Origin: Pelagibacteraceae bacterium AG-426-G02
GTDB taxonomy: Bacteria; Pseudomonadota; Alphaproteobacteria; Pelagibacterales; Pelagibacteraceae
Assembly: GCA_003213155.1 (NCBI GenBank)
Contig: QCNQ01000004.1
Span: 638 to 64,637, forward strand
Direction of reading: 5' to 3'
DNA: 64,000 bases
Part shown: positions 37,536 through 47,684 of the stretch, one piece after another
Position numbering within the stretch: position 1 is the first letter of the stretch
Layout of the letters: each line of letters opens with the position of its first letter
Notes under the pieces: generated by a model
What the model was told of the DNA's origin: nothing
Databases searched by the model: none
Seen by the model: only the letters and a program-made list of their open reading frames with translations
Translations under genes and position numbers: made by a program

Positions 37536-38363
37536 TTAATCATAAACATATTTTGGTGCTTCATCATCACACGCCCATTTCTTATCACCATTACCTGCGT
37601 CTATCTCGTATTCATTAACATATCTGCTGGTGACAACATTTCCAAATCTATTCCAATGAACTCTACTCACTATTACTTCACCATCATCTATTACCTTACC
37701 TTCTGAATTTACAGGTTTTTCTGGACAAATATCACCGTCAACATCACTCGGCATAGCTATTCCACAAACTGGATTAAAACTTTCTCGCCTACAAATATTT
37801 ATAAAATTGAAAGGAACACCTGTAGATTCGTCAAAAGCAAGAGACGCAGATCCTTCATAAAATTTGCCATTTTTTGCAAAACAAACTGCTGCTGCTCTTT
37901 CCCCAAAAAAATTTGTAGACACATCCTTTAGTTCAATAGCATAAACAGCATTTTTTATCTCATTACTTGTGCTTTTATTATCAGTGTCCCAATAATTATT
38001 ATCCTCTTCAAAATCTCCAGCATCCGTTTTACATCTTTTGTTTTTTTCTTTATTCCAGGGGCTCTCGCCATTATTCATTCGAGTTATTAAACTTGCCAAA
38101 GTCATGCCTCGTGATTCTATTTTTAAATGGTTCGCCGTATTTGAAAAAAGTACTTGGACATAAGCAAAAGTACCTCTTTCTGTTTGAACTATAGCGTTTC
38201 TTATCATTGCTTCAACCTCTTTAACTGCAGCTCTGGTTTTTCTTTCTTTATTCCATGAAGAAAAATTTGGATATGAAATTGCAGATATAAATCCAACAAT
38301 TGCAATGACAACAATTAATTCTAAAAGATTAAATCCTTTATTGTTCTTTACCTGCCCCAGCAT
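37536..38363 (-). CDS. Minor pilin FimT/FimU-like
   Basis: KG|FNLLELIVVIAIVG..SYPNF; first gene of the minor pilin run. Confidence 0.78.
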   Translation of the reverse strand: MLGQVKNNKGFNLLELIVVIAIVGFISAISYPNFSSWNKERKTRAAVKEVEAMIRNAIVQTERGTFAYVQVLFSNTANHLKIESRGMTLASLITRMNNGESPWNKEKNKRCKTDAGDFEEDNNYWDTDNKSTSNEIKNAVYAIELKDVSTNFFGERAAAVCFAKNGKFYEGSASLAFDESTGVPFNFINICRRESFNPVCGIAMPSDVDGDICPEKPVNSEGKVIDDGEVIVSRVHWNRFGNVVTSRYVNEYEIDAGNGDKKWACDDEAPKYVYD

Positions 38364-39351
38364 CTATCTTTCCAGCTTTAACTAATTCTTCTAATGATTT
38401 TGCCATTGTAATCATTCCATCTTTTACTGCTGTTTGCATGATGCTTGGGATTTGATGAATTTTCGCTTCTCGGATTAAGTTTTGAATTGGGGCTGTACAC
38501 TTCATCACTTCGAAAGCACCACAACGGCCTTGACCATCTTTAGTTTTAAGAAGTCTTTGCGTGACTACCATTTTTAAAGATGTCGAAATTTGAGCTCTGA
38601 TCTGTGCCTGTTGCTCAGGCGGGAATACATCGATAATTCTATTAATTGTATTTGGTGCGCCACTGGTATGTAGTGTACCAAATACTAAGTGACCTGTTTC
38701 CGCTGCTGTTAATGCAAGAGAAACTGTTTCTAAATCTCTCATCTCTCCTACCAGAATAACATCAGGATCCTCTCGCAGTGCCGCTTTTAAAGCACTCGCA
38801 AAAGTTTGTGTTTGTTTTCCAACCTCTCGATGAGAGACAATGCTTTTTGCATCCTTGTGAATAAATTCAACTGGATCCTCTACAGTAATAATATTTGCAG
38901 TTCGGGTCTTATTAATTTCATTAACAATTGCAGCAAGCGTAGTTGATTTTCCTGATCCTGTTGGTCCTGTAACCAACACAAGTCCTTTGTGCATATCAAT
39001 AATATCATAAAGAACTGGTGGTAAATCAAATTGTCCCATCTCTGGGATGACACTTTCAACTCTTCTGAGTACTGCTGCCGGTCCATTAATAGTTTTGTAA
39101 AAATTTGCCCTAAATCTTAAACCACTAAGTGTAACTGACGAGTCAAGTTCATGAGTGTCATTAAATCTTTTCATTTCAACTTCATTACAATTGGTCGATA
39201 TTAAATCTTGGAGATCTTGTGCTTTAACCATCACCTCTGGAACTTTGTGAATTTCTCCTGTTTGTCTAAATGCTAACGGCCAACCACTTCTAATGTGGAA
39301 ATCTGATATTTTTTTATTATTTTTTGCTAATTCTTCTAATTTTTCAAACAT
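38338..39351 (-). CDS. pilT: Type IV pilus retraction ATPase PilT
   Basis: GPTGSGKSTTLAA, ALREDPDVILVGEMRD, AAETGHLVFGTLHT, PIQNLIRE. Confidence 0.95.
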   Translation of the reverse strand: MFEKLEELAKNNKKISDFHIRSGWPLAFRQTGEIHKVPEVMVKAQDLQDLISTNCNEVEMKRFNDTHELDSSVTLSGLRFRANFYKTINGPAAVLRRVESVIPEMGQFDLPPVLYDIIDMHKGLVLVTGPTGSGKSTTLAAIVNEINKTRTANIITVEDPVEFIHKDAKSIVSHREVGKQTQTFASALKAALREDPDVILVGEMRDLETVSLALTAAETGHLVFGTLHTSGAPNTINRIIDVFPPEQQAQIRAQISTSLKMVVTQRLLKTKDGQGRCGAFEVMKCTAPIQNLIREAKIHQIPSIMQTAVKDGMITMAKSLEELVKAGKIDAGAGKEQ

Positions 39352-39423
39352 ACTAAATTTTATCTATAATTTTTAAAAAAAACAATATTTACTTATCCGA
39401 TAGCGACCAAAATAGGTAATTAT

Positions 39424-39765
39424 CTAGTATATAAAGTAATATATTATCCAAACAATTAAGGAATATTCAAAAAAGTTTTTAGAAAAAATTAATTGTTTGT
39501 CAGTAAATTTTGACTTTAAAAATTTACTAAGAAACATAAATCCTAGATGTACAATTACAACGGAAACCACAACACCAACTAAAGTCGATTGAAGAGAAAA
39601 ATTTTTAAATCCAAAGTAAATTGCTACTAAAAAAGTCAGCCAAGAAACTTTGGAAATAAATATTTTAAAAATTAAGCCTGTTTTTTTACTAAAAATAGAT
39701 TGTGTTTTAATTAAAGAATATGACCATGTAAGACCAATTAAAAAACTTATATACTTTAAAATCAT
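39424..39765 (-). CDS. Hypothetical membrane protein
   Basis: About 4 hydrophobic helices; ATGA overlap with msrB. Confidence 0.65.
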   Translation of the reverse strand: MILKYISFLIGLTWSYSLIKTQSIFSKKTGLIFKIFISKVSWLTFLVAIYFGFKNFSLQSTLVGVVVSVVIVHLGFMFLSKFLKSKFTDKQLIFSKNFFEYSLIVWIIYYFIY

Positions 39766-40139
39766 TGGTTTTCTTTTTCATGAAAAACTAAACAAACACC
39801 GTTATTGCAATACCTTTTGCCCGTAGGTTGAGGACCATCATCAAAAATATGACCATGGTGAGCATTACAATTTTTACAATGATACTCTGTTCTAGCATAA
39901 CCAATTAAGTGATCGGTTTTAGTCTCAAACACATCTGGTAAGGATTGAAAAAACGAAGGCCAGCCTGATCCACTTTCATATTTTGCTTTTGACTCAAATA
40001 GCTTAATGCCACAATTGGCACAATGATAACTCCCCTCTCGTTTTTCATTGTTTAATTCACTACTGCCTGCACGTTCTGTACCATCCTCAAACATTATCAA
40101 TTTTTGTTCAGCAGTAAGATTTGGGTTCTTTTTTGTCAT
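39762..40139 (-). CDS. msrB: Peptide-methionine (R)-S-oxide reductase
   Basis: GTER, SGSGWPSF, HHGHIFDDGP, RYCNN. Confidence 0.95.
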   Translation of the reverse strand: MTKKNPNLTAEQKLIMFEDGTERAGSSELNNEKREGSYHCANCGIKLFESKAKYESGSGWPSFFQSLPDVFETKTDHLIGYARTEYHCKNCNAHHGHIFDDGPQPTGKRYCNNGVCLVFHEKENQ

Positions 40140-41032
40140 TTAAGTAATTTAGCACAAGATTGATGTAAAATAGAATGTAATTCTACAAGTTTTTTAAAAT
40201 CTTTATTATAACCACCACCAAGTACACCACACAGAGGTACTCCTTGTGAAAAGAAATTTTGAGTAACCATTTCATCTCTTTTTTTAATACCTTTATCTGA
40301 AATTTTTAATTTACCTAGACGATCGTTATGGTGAATATCAACTCCAGCAATATAAAAAACAAAATCAAAATTTTCATCGTTCAACTGATTTAAATAGAAA
40401 TCAAGTATCTTTATATATTGAGCATCCTCCATATTATCATCAAGCTCAACATCAAGATCACTGATAGATTTTTTAGCTGGATAATTTGATTTTGAATGCA
40501 TACTAAAAGTAAATACATTTTTATTATTTGCAAAAATATCAGCGTTACCATTGCCTTGGTGAACGTCTAAATCAACTATTAAAATTCTTCCAGCTAAACC
40601 ACGATCCAATAAGTATTGAGCTGCAACTGCTACGTCATTGAACACGCAATAACCTGCGCCCCCATCGTAATTCGCATGATGACTGCCACCAGCCGTATTA
40701 CAGGCAACACCATTTTTAATTGCAAGCTTTGTGGCTAACACTGTTCCACCAGTTGCAATCAATGACCTTTGGATAACACTATCCACTAAAGGAAATCCAA
40801 TTTTTTTAATTATCTTTTGATCTAATGTTTTATTTTTAACGTCCTTGATATATTTTTCTGAATGAGCTCTTTTTAAAGTTTCTTCAGAGCATGCATATGG
40901 TTGATGAAATTTTTTAACTATTTTTTTATCAATTAAATATTTTGCAAGTTCTCCAAATTTATTAATCGGAAATTTATGGTCATCACCAATTTTAGCAAAA
41001 TAATCCTCGTGATTAACAACTGATAAATCCAT
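40136..41032 (-). CDS. Histone deacetylase family (Zn-dependent) protein
   Basis: HKFP, GGSHHA, GYCVFND, DLDVHQGNG, GGGY; ATG 41032 preferred. Confidence 0.9.
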   Translation of the reverse strand: MDLSVVNHEDYFAKIGDDHKFPINKFGELAKYLIDKKIVKKFHQPYACSEETLKRAHSEKYIKDVKNKTLDQKIIKKIGFPLVDSVIQRSLIATGGTVLATKLAIKNGVACNTAGGSHHANYDGGAGYCVFNDVAVAAQYLLDRGLAGRILIVDLDVHQGNGNADIFANNKNVFTFSMHSKSNYPAKKSISDLDVELDDNMEDAQYIKILDFYLNQLNDENFDFVFYIAGVDIHHNDRLGKLKISDKGIKKRDEMVTQNFFSQGVPLCGVLGGGYNKDFKKLVELHSILHQSCAKLLK

Positions 41033-41034
41033 AA

Positions 41035-41985
41035 CTATTCTATTACACGAATAGGTTTCCCACTTGCACAAGCTTCAAGTGACTCTATCATTTGACTATA
41101 ATAGACATTATAATTTTCCGCAGTCACATATCCTAAGTGAGGTGTTAATAAAGCATTAGGTAAAAATCTTAGTTTATTATTCTCTGGCAAAGGTTCTTTT
41201 TCATAAACATCTAATCCTGCACCTGCGATTACATTTGTAGATAAAGCAATAATTAAATCATCTTCATTAATTATTGGACCTCTCGAGGTGTTGATCAAAA
41301 AAGCAGTTTTTTTCATTTTATCTAGTTCTTTTAAGGTAATACAATCTTTATATCTTTCACCGCCTTGGACATGAATAGATAAGAAATCAGAATTTTTAAT
41401 TAAATCTTCTTTGGTGCAAGGTAAAACATCTAGCTCTTTACATTTATCAAGACTAAGATTTTCACTCCAAGCCATTACTTGCATACCAAAAGCTTTCCCT
41501 ATCTTTGCAACTTGAGAACCTACTTTCCCAAGTCCAATTAATCCTAAAATTTTTCCTTTGAGCTCAACACCAACTGTGGTTTGCCAATAACCCTGATACA
41601 TATTATCTATTTCTTCTTTAATATTTCTGGCTAATCCAAGAATTAAAGTCCAAGTTAACTCTGGAGTTGGATTTAAATTACTTTCTGTTCCACTTACTAT
41701 AATTTTTCTTTTTTTGGCAGCATCCAAGTCTATTGATTTGTTTCTTAATCCACTGGTAATTATAAATTTTAGCTTAGACAAATTTTCTATTATGTTTTTG
41801 GTTATGGGAGTTCGTTCTCTCATCACTAATAATGCCTCAAAATCAGCCAATTTATCTATGACATCAGCCTCATCCTCAAATGGCTGACTAAAAATTTTGA
41901 TTTCATATTTTCCTGCAAGTTTTTCAAGATCTACAAATTGTTGAGAAACATTTTGATAATCATCTAATATTGCAACCTTAAGCAT
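41035..41985 (-). CDS. D-2-hydroxyacid dehydrogenase family protein
   Basis: AILDDYQ, GLIGLGKVG, INTSRG, LDVYEKEP, TPHLG. Confidence 0.9.
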   Translation of the reverse strand: MLKVAILDDYQNVSQQFVDLEKLAGKYEIKIFSQPFEDEADVIDKLADFEALLVMRERTPITKNIIENLSKLKFIITSGLRNKSIDLDAAKKRKIIVSGTESNLNPTPELTWTLILGLARNIKEEIDNMYQGYWQTTVGVELKGKILGLIGLGKVGSQVAKIGKAFGMQVMAWSENLSLDKCKELDVLPCTKEDLIKNSDFLSIHVQGGERYKDCITLKELDKMKKTAFLINTSRGPIINEDDLIIALSTNVIAGAGLDVYEKEPLPENNKLRFLPNALLTPHLGYVTAENYNVYYSQMIESLEACASGKPIRVIE

Positions 41986-42871
41986 TTTTAATTTCCTTAT
42001 TGGATAAAAATAAACCTAATATAATTAAAATTGCTCCAATCAAGTGAAAAAATTGGAATTGTTCATTATAAAAGAATATCGCCATCAAAGTGCTAAATAA
42101 TGGAATTAAAGATAAAAATATACCAGCTCGATTTGCCCCAATGATTGAAACAGCGCCAGCCCAACAATAGTAAGAGCCAATACTTGGGAATATTGCAACA
42201 TAAGCTAAAATATAAAAAAAATTACTGCTCATCTCAATAATTTTGCCCTGTGTCATATCTAAAATAAATAGAGGCAAAAGAAAAATTAATCCAAATGTGC
42301 AAATTATATGGACAAGAGCAAGTAAAGATACTTCAAAGGTTCTTTTTCTCAAATATGCAGAATATATTCCCCAAGCAATAATTGCTCCGACCATAAATAA
42401 ATCGCCTTTATTAAAATTTAAGGTAAGTAAAATATTTAGATCAAGTTTAGTAATAATAGCTAAAATTCCTAAAACTGAAATGACTAATCCAGATATTTGA
42501 AAAATATTTGTTTTTTCAATTTTTAATAAAAAACAAACTAAAATTATTGTTACAGGTATTGCGGTATTAAAAAGTGATGCATTAATTACTTGCGTGTAAT
42601 TTAAAGCGTTATAAGTAAAAGAAGTAAATATACATACACTGGTAGAACCTAGAATAAGAAATAATGATAAATTTCCTTTAATTTGATTTTTTAATTTTAA
42701 TATCTCTTTATAAGTGAAGGGAAGTAATATTATCCATACTAGGCACCACCTTAAAAATGCGAGTGAGTTGGGAGGTATATTTTCTAAATAAGCAAGCTTT
42801 GCTAATGTAAAGTTTCCTGCCCAAAATAATGTTGCACATACTAGCATTATGTATGCCTTAGTATTTTGCAT
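41978..42871 (-). CDS. DMT/EamA family transporter
   Basis: FWAGNF, about 10 TMs, two EamA repeats. Confidence 0.88.
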   Translation of the reverse strand: MQNTKAYIMLVCATLFWAGNFTLAKLAYLENIPPNSLAFLRWCLVWIILLPFTYKEILKLKNQIKGNLSLFLILGSTSVCIFTSFTYNALNYTQVINASLFNTAIPVTIILVCFLLKIEKTNIFQISGLVISVLGILAIITKLDLNILLTLNFNKGDLFMVGAIIAWGIYSAYLRKRTFEVSLLALVHIICTFGLIFLLPLFILDMTQGKIIEMSSNFFYILAYVAIFPSIGSYYCWAGAVSIIGANRAGIFLSLIPLFSTLMAIFFYNEQFQFFHLIGAILIILGLFLSNKEIKNA

Positions 42872-42875
42872 TTGA

Positions 42876-44117
42876 TTAACTAAATCTTACTGAGCTATAA
42901 GGGTCTAAATTTAGATTTGTGTTTTCTTTAGCTATCATTCCGGAAACAATCTTTCCAGAAATCGGACCTAATGTCCATCCTAAATGATGATGCCCAAAAC
43001 AATAAAATACATTTTTATAATTCTTAGAAGGACCCATCACTGGTAAAAAATCAGGTAGCGTAGGTCTAAAACCTAACCATTCATCTTCATGTTCTGGAAG
43101 ATCTCCTAACATATACTTAGCATTACTAATTAAATTTTTAATTCTAGATTTTGAGAGGGGATTGTCTAATCCACCAAACTCGACTGTGCCAACCACTCTT
43201 AATCCCTGTTCCATAGGGGTGATACCGAATCCTCTATTAGAAAAAATAACGGGTCTACTTAAAAGATGATCACAATCTTTGAAATGAACATGGTAACCTC
43301 TTTCAGTATCAAGAGGAATTCGTTCACCTAAATTATCTGTTAATTTTTTTGAGAAAGCTCCACATGCAATTACAATTTTATCAAAAATATATCTTTCACC
43401 ATCAGTTACAAAAACTGGTTTTTCTGTATCAAACTCAATATCATTAATATTCCTCTTTTCAAACTTTCCACCTTTTTTTAAAAATAATTCAAATAATTTA
43501 AGTAAGATTTTTTTAGGGTTTCGGGCATGTCGTGCATATGGATAATAAACTCCTGCATGATAAAAGGGTTTTATATTCGGTTCTAGATCGTGAATTTCAG
43601 ATTTATTGACCAGTTGTTGTTTTACACCAAGTTCATCTCTTACTTTAATTTCTAATTCTCTACTCTTTAAATCTTTATCATTCCAAATGTAGAGAATTCC
43701 TTTATTTTCAACGAGACCATCTAAATTAATTTCATCAAAAAGTTCATCGTATGCAGGTAATGCTAAATCTAAAATTTGATGCATATTTCTTGCGGTATGC
43801 ATCATTTTGTTTTTTGTTGTATTCAAAATAAACTTGAAAAACCAAGGCAACATTTTTGGCACATAATTCCATTTCAAAGCAAGTGGCCCTGTTGAACTTA
43901 ATAACATTGCTGGTACATCAGCAAGTACATCCGTTCTATTTAAAGATAGTGAGGCATAAGGTGAAAAGTGGCCAGCATTTCCATATGAAGCTGCTGGACT
44001 GCCAGGGTTATCTCTATCAAATATGGTTACCTGAAAACCTTTTTTTTGAAGAAATAAAGCGTTTGAAACTCCTTGAATTCCTGAGCCAACAATCCCTACA
44101 TGTAAATTTTTACTCAT
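42876..44117 (-). CDS. FAD-dependent D-amino acid dehydrogenase-like oxidoreductase (DadA family)
   Basis: VGSGIQG, ASYGNAG, ERGYH, WLGFRP, GHHHLGWTLG; ATG 44117 preferred. Confidence 0.88.
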   Translation of the reverse strand: MSKNLHVGIVGSGIQGVSNALFLQKKGFQVTIFDRDNPGSPAASYGNAGHFSPYASLSLNRTDVLADVPAMLLSSTGPLALKWNYVPKMLPWFFKFILNTTKNKMMHTARNMHQILDLALPAYDELFDEINLDGLVENKGILYIWNDKDLKSRELEIKVRDELGVKQQLVNKSEIHDLEPNIKPFYHAGVYYPYARHARNPKKILLKLFELFLKKGGKFEKRNINDIEFDTEKPVFVTDGERYIFDKIVIACGAFSKKLTDNLGERIPLDTERGYHVHFKDCDHLLSRPVIFSNRGFGITPMEQGLRVVGTVEFGGLDNPLSKSRIKNLISNAKYMLGDLPEHEDEWLGFRPTLPDFLPVMGPSKNYKNVFYCFGHHHLGWTLGPISGKIVSGMIAKENTNLNLDPYSSVRFS

Positions 44118-44167
44118 AAAAAAAATATACAATCTATCTGTCAAATAAGTTAAGCGACAAATTATAC

Positions 44168-45295
44168 TTAGGCAATCAATTGTTGATTGTGAACTCTGGC
44201 ACTCATGACTATTCCAAAACCAATCATGGTTGCTAGCATAGATGATCCACCATAGGACATAATTGGTAAAGGAGAACCTACTATAGGTAGTAAACCTAAA
44301 ACCATACTCATATTTATAGTGATGAATACAAAAATGGCTGCACCAAAACTATAACAAAAAATCTTTGCAAAATAACTTCTGGAACTAGCTCCTATTGCAA
44401 CAATTCTATAAATAATAATTGCATAAATTACTAAAAGTATTGCTGAGCCCACAAAACCAAATTCCTCTGAGAAAAGTGTAAAAATAAAATCAGTATGTTT
44501 TTCTGGTAAAAACTCGAGATAACTTTGAGTGCCTTTTAAAAAACCTTTACCAAATATTCCACCAGATCCGACAGCTATTTTAGATTGGATAATCTGATAA
44601 CCAGCACCCAGCGGATCCTTATCAGGATTAAGAAATGTCAACACTCTCAATTTCTGATAGGGCTTCAAGAAAGCTATAACGAAAGGTAAAGAGATTATAA
44701 ATCCAAGAATAGTATAAATAAAATACTTATAATTAATACCTGCAAACCATAATACAGCTATTCCGCTTATAGCAATAAGAACTGCAGTTCCAAGATCTGG
44801 TTGTACAATAACTAACCCCATTGGTAAAAGTATTATTATTAAAGAAGTTAAAATTGTATAAATTGAATTGACATTTTCTAACTTCATTCGATGAAAAAAT
44901 TTAGCCAAACAAACAATAATAAATATTTTCATCAATTCAGACGGTTGTAAATTTATGAAATATAAATTAATCCATCTTTGTGAGCCTGATGAAGTAATTC
45001 CAAATAAATAGGTCCCAATTAACAAACCTACTACCACTACATAAGCTAAGTAACCTATTGAGAACCAATACTTGATATTGATAAATGACATTATTAACAT
45101 CATTAAAGTAAATACTGCTAATTTTGTAAAATGGCTTTTGGTATGAAATTTAATCTCACCACCATCAGTAGAATACATTGTTGCTAAACTAATAAAGCCA
45201 AGTAACAATATACAAACCAGAAGTATATAATCAAAGTTTCTAAATTTTTGAAAAAAACCAAGTCTATTTGTTGTTAATCTTGTATGTTGATACAT
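44168..45295 (-). CDS. rodA: Rod shape-determining protein RodA
   Basis: QPSELMK, QPDLGT, GYQIIQS, PEKHTDFIF, SYGGSS. Confidence 0.95.
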   Translation of the reverse strand: MYQHTRLTTNRLGFFQKFRNFDYILLVCILLLGFISLATMYSTDGGEIKFHTKSHFTKLAVFTLMMLIMSFINIKYWFSIGYLAYVVVVGLLIGTYLFGITSSGSQRWINLYFINLQPSELMKIFIIVCLAKFFHRMKLENVNSIYTILTSLIIILLPMGLVIVQPDLGTAVLIAISGIAVLWFAGINYKYFIYTILGFIISLPFVIAFLKPYQKLRVLTFLNPDKDPLGAGYQIIQSKIAVGSGGIFGKGFLKGTQSYLEFLPEKHTDFIFTLFSEEFGFVGSAILLVIYAIIIYRIVAIGASSRSYFAKIFCYSFGAAIFVFITINMSMVLGLLPIVGSPLPIMSYGGSSMLATMIGFGIVMSARVHNQQLIA

Positions 45296-47170
45296 CTATA
45301 TCTCCAAATACTTTTTATTCCTCAATGACTCTCTGATCTTGTGTCGGTCAATAATCAATTTAAATAATTTTGTTGCCATGGGAGCGGCAGTTGTACTTCC
45401 GTTTCCTCCGTGTTCTACAATGACACTTAATGCGTATCTAGGATTTTTATATGGACCAAAGGCTACATATAAAGCATGATCTCTTTGCTCGTATGGAATC
45501 TGGAATGTTTTAAGATCCAATTCTCTTTCTTCCTCAGTAATTTTTTTAACCTGCGCAGTACCAGTTTTACCAGCAAACTGATATTTGGGGTTATCAATTC
45601 TTGAACGATAAGATGTGCCCATTACTTCATTAGTTGAGCCAAAAATAGCATCTTGGACAATTTTAATATTTTTTGAATTTTTATAGAGCGGTGTAAATTT
45701 ATCTATAGGTTGATCTTTAACTTTGTCATCTACAACAAGATGAGGATAAATTTTATAACCACCATTTGCAATTTGTGCTGTCATTAAACATAATTGAATA
45801 GGTGTGGTTTGAATGTAGCCTTGTCCAATTCCTGTTATTATTGTTTCACCTAATAACCATCCTTTACCCAGAGCATTCTTTTTCCATTGAGTATTTGGAA
45901 TTAATCCTTTTTTTTCAATGTCAAATAAATTACCAAAAACTTTTTCTCCAAGGCCAAATTTTTTTGCAGTTTCGCTCAATTTATCAACACCAAGTTTACG
46001 GGCAACTTCATAAAAATAGGTGTCACAAGATTGCTTCATGGCATTTCTTAAACTTACATAACCATGACCTTTTTTCTTCCAGCAATGGTAAGTTTGGCCA
46101 TACATTTCTGTTTTACCAGTACATCTAACTGTAAAACTTGTGTTAACTATTCCATTCTCAAGTGCAGATAAGGCAACAATCGGTTTAATCGTTGAACCTG
46201 GTGAGTAATTCCCTTGTAAAGTTTTATTAACTAATGGTTTCATTGGATCATTTCGAATTAATTGCCAATCATCTTGACTAATACCAAATACAAATAAATT
46301 TGGATCAAACGATGGTGAAGAATGCATTGCAATTACTGCACCTGTATAAATATCCATTACACAGATAGAACCTGCTTGATCTTTTAATAATTCATTAGCT
46401 AACTTTTGTACTTCAGTATCTATAGTCAGTCTTAAAGTTTTACCTTTTTCACCTTTTTGAAATTCCAATTGACTTATTCTTCTGCCATAAGCATTCACTT
46501 CATATCTCTCAATATCATTGGTTCCTATTAGTTTTTCCTCAAATGTCTTTTCTAAACCTACTTTTCCAACTTTTAATCCTGGGACAAAATTCTTTTTTAT
46601 GGCTTGAGTTGACTCAATATCATCTTGGTTTGCTTGACTGACATAACCAACTAAGTGTGTGAAATTTTCTTTAAAAGGATAGTTTCTTGAAATTGATATA
46701 ACCGGTTTTACACCATTTAAATCATACAAATGATTATTAATCTTTGAAAACTTTTGCCAACTTAAATTATCAGAAACAATTAAAGTTTCCCAAGGCTTTA
46801 TTTCATTTTTCTTTTTTAATACTTTTTTAAATTCTAAATCTGATAATTCTAGTAAATCTTTCAAACGATAAATAACATACCTAAAATCCTCAACTTGTTC
46901 TGGTATTACATGAAGTTGATAAGCTTCAAAATTTCCTGCAATGACATTACCAAAATAATCATGAAACTCCCCTCTAACAGGAGCTAATTTCCATTCTCTA
47001 ATTCTATTTTTATCAGATAGGGTTAAGTACTTTTTGTTTTCTTTAACTTGTAAAAAAAATAATCTACTGACTATTCCTATCATTACAAAAAATTTTAATG
47101 AACCTGTAATGAACATTCTTCTATTAATAGAATTAAGTTTCTTTACATTGTCACTTGAAGAATTAATCAT
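45296..47170 (-). CDS. mrdA: Penicillin-binding protein 2
   Basis: PGSTIK (SxxK), SCD, GKTGTAQ. Confidence 0.95.
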   Translation of the reverse strand: MINSSSDNVKKLNSINRRMFITGSLKFFVMIGIVSRLFFLQVKENKKYLTLSDKNRIREWKLAPVRGEFHDYFGNVIAGNFEAYQLHVIPEQVEDFRYVIYRLKDLLELSDLEFKKVLKKKNEIKPWETLIVSDNLSWQKFSKINNHLYDLNGVKPVISISRNYPFKENFTHLVGYVSQANQDDIESTQAIKKNFVPGLKVGKVGLEKTFEEKLIGTNDIERYEVNAYGRRISQLEFQKGEKGKTLRLTIDTEVQKLANELLKDQAGSICVMDIYTGAVIAMHSSPSFDPNLFVFGISQDDWQLIRNDPMKPLVNKTLQGNYSPGSTIKPIVALSALENGIVNTSFTVRCTGKTEMYGQTYHCWKKKGHGYVSLRNAMKQSCDTYFYEVARKLGVDKLSETAKKFGLGEKVFGNLFDIEKKGLIPNTQWKKNALGKGWLLGETIITGIGQGYIQTTPIQLCLMTAQIANGGYKIYPHLVVDDKVKDQPIDKFTPLYKNSKNIKIVQDAIFGSTNEVMGTSYRSRIDNPKYQFAGKTGTAQVKKITEEERELDLKTFQIPYEQRDHALYVAFGPYKNPRYALSVIVEHGGNGSTTAAPMATKLFKLIIDRHKIRESLRNKKYLEI

Positions 47171-47684
47171 TAATTCCTTTCATGTAATATTTAAATATTG
47201 ATACAAAAATTATATAAAGTAAAAATGTACAAGTCGTGTTGACTAGATAACTCGTTAAAACCAAATCGTACGAAAAGAATAAACTTAAAACTGAGTAATT
47301 TAAAGAGTTAATCAAACTTATTATAAATAAAAAATAGAACCAATCTTTCATGGGACTTGGCCTAATTGTTATATTTCTAATATATGCCGTAGCAATACAA
47401 ATTAGTGTATAAGACAAGCTGCTAATACCCAGGGGCAAACCTATAACAGTGTCGTTAAGCAAACCGGCAAAAAATACAAAAAGATAATCAAAATGTTTAA
47501 AATCTTTTAAGGTAAAGAAAAAGATCAAAATAAACGGGAAATTAAAAGAAAAATACTCAAGTTTTAAATAATTAAAATCAAACTCATTGAGCACTGAGAC
47601 AAATAAGAAAATTATTGGTAACCAGGTATATAATTTAGAAAATGTTCCCTTTGTCTTTAAGTTAGCCACCTGTTCTACCTCCAT
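47163..47684 (-). CDS. mreD: Rod shape-determining protein MreD
   Basis: Polytopic, GLLND...LG motif, between mreC and mrdA; start may be slightly downstream. Confidence 0.8.
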   Translation of the reverse strand: MEVEQVANLKTKGTFSKLYTWLPIIFLFVSVLNEFDFNYLKLEYFSFNFPFILIFFFTLKDFKHFDYLFVFFAGLLNDTVIGLPLGISSLSYTLICIATAYIRNITIRPSPMKDWFYFLFIISLINSLNYSVLSLFFSYDLVLTSYLVNTTCTFLLYIIFVSIFKYYMKGIND

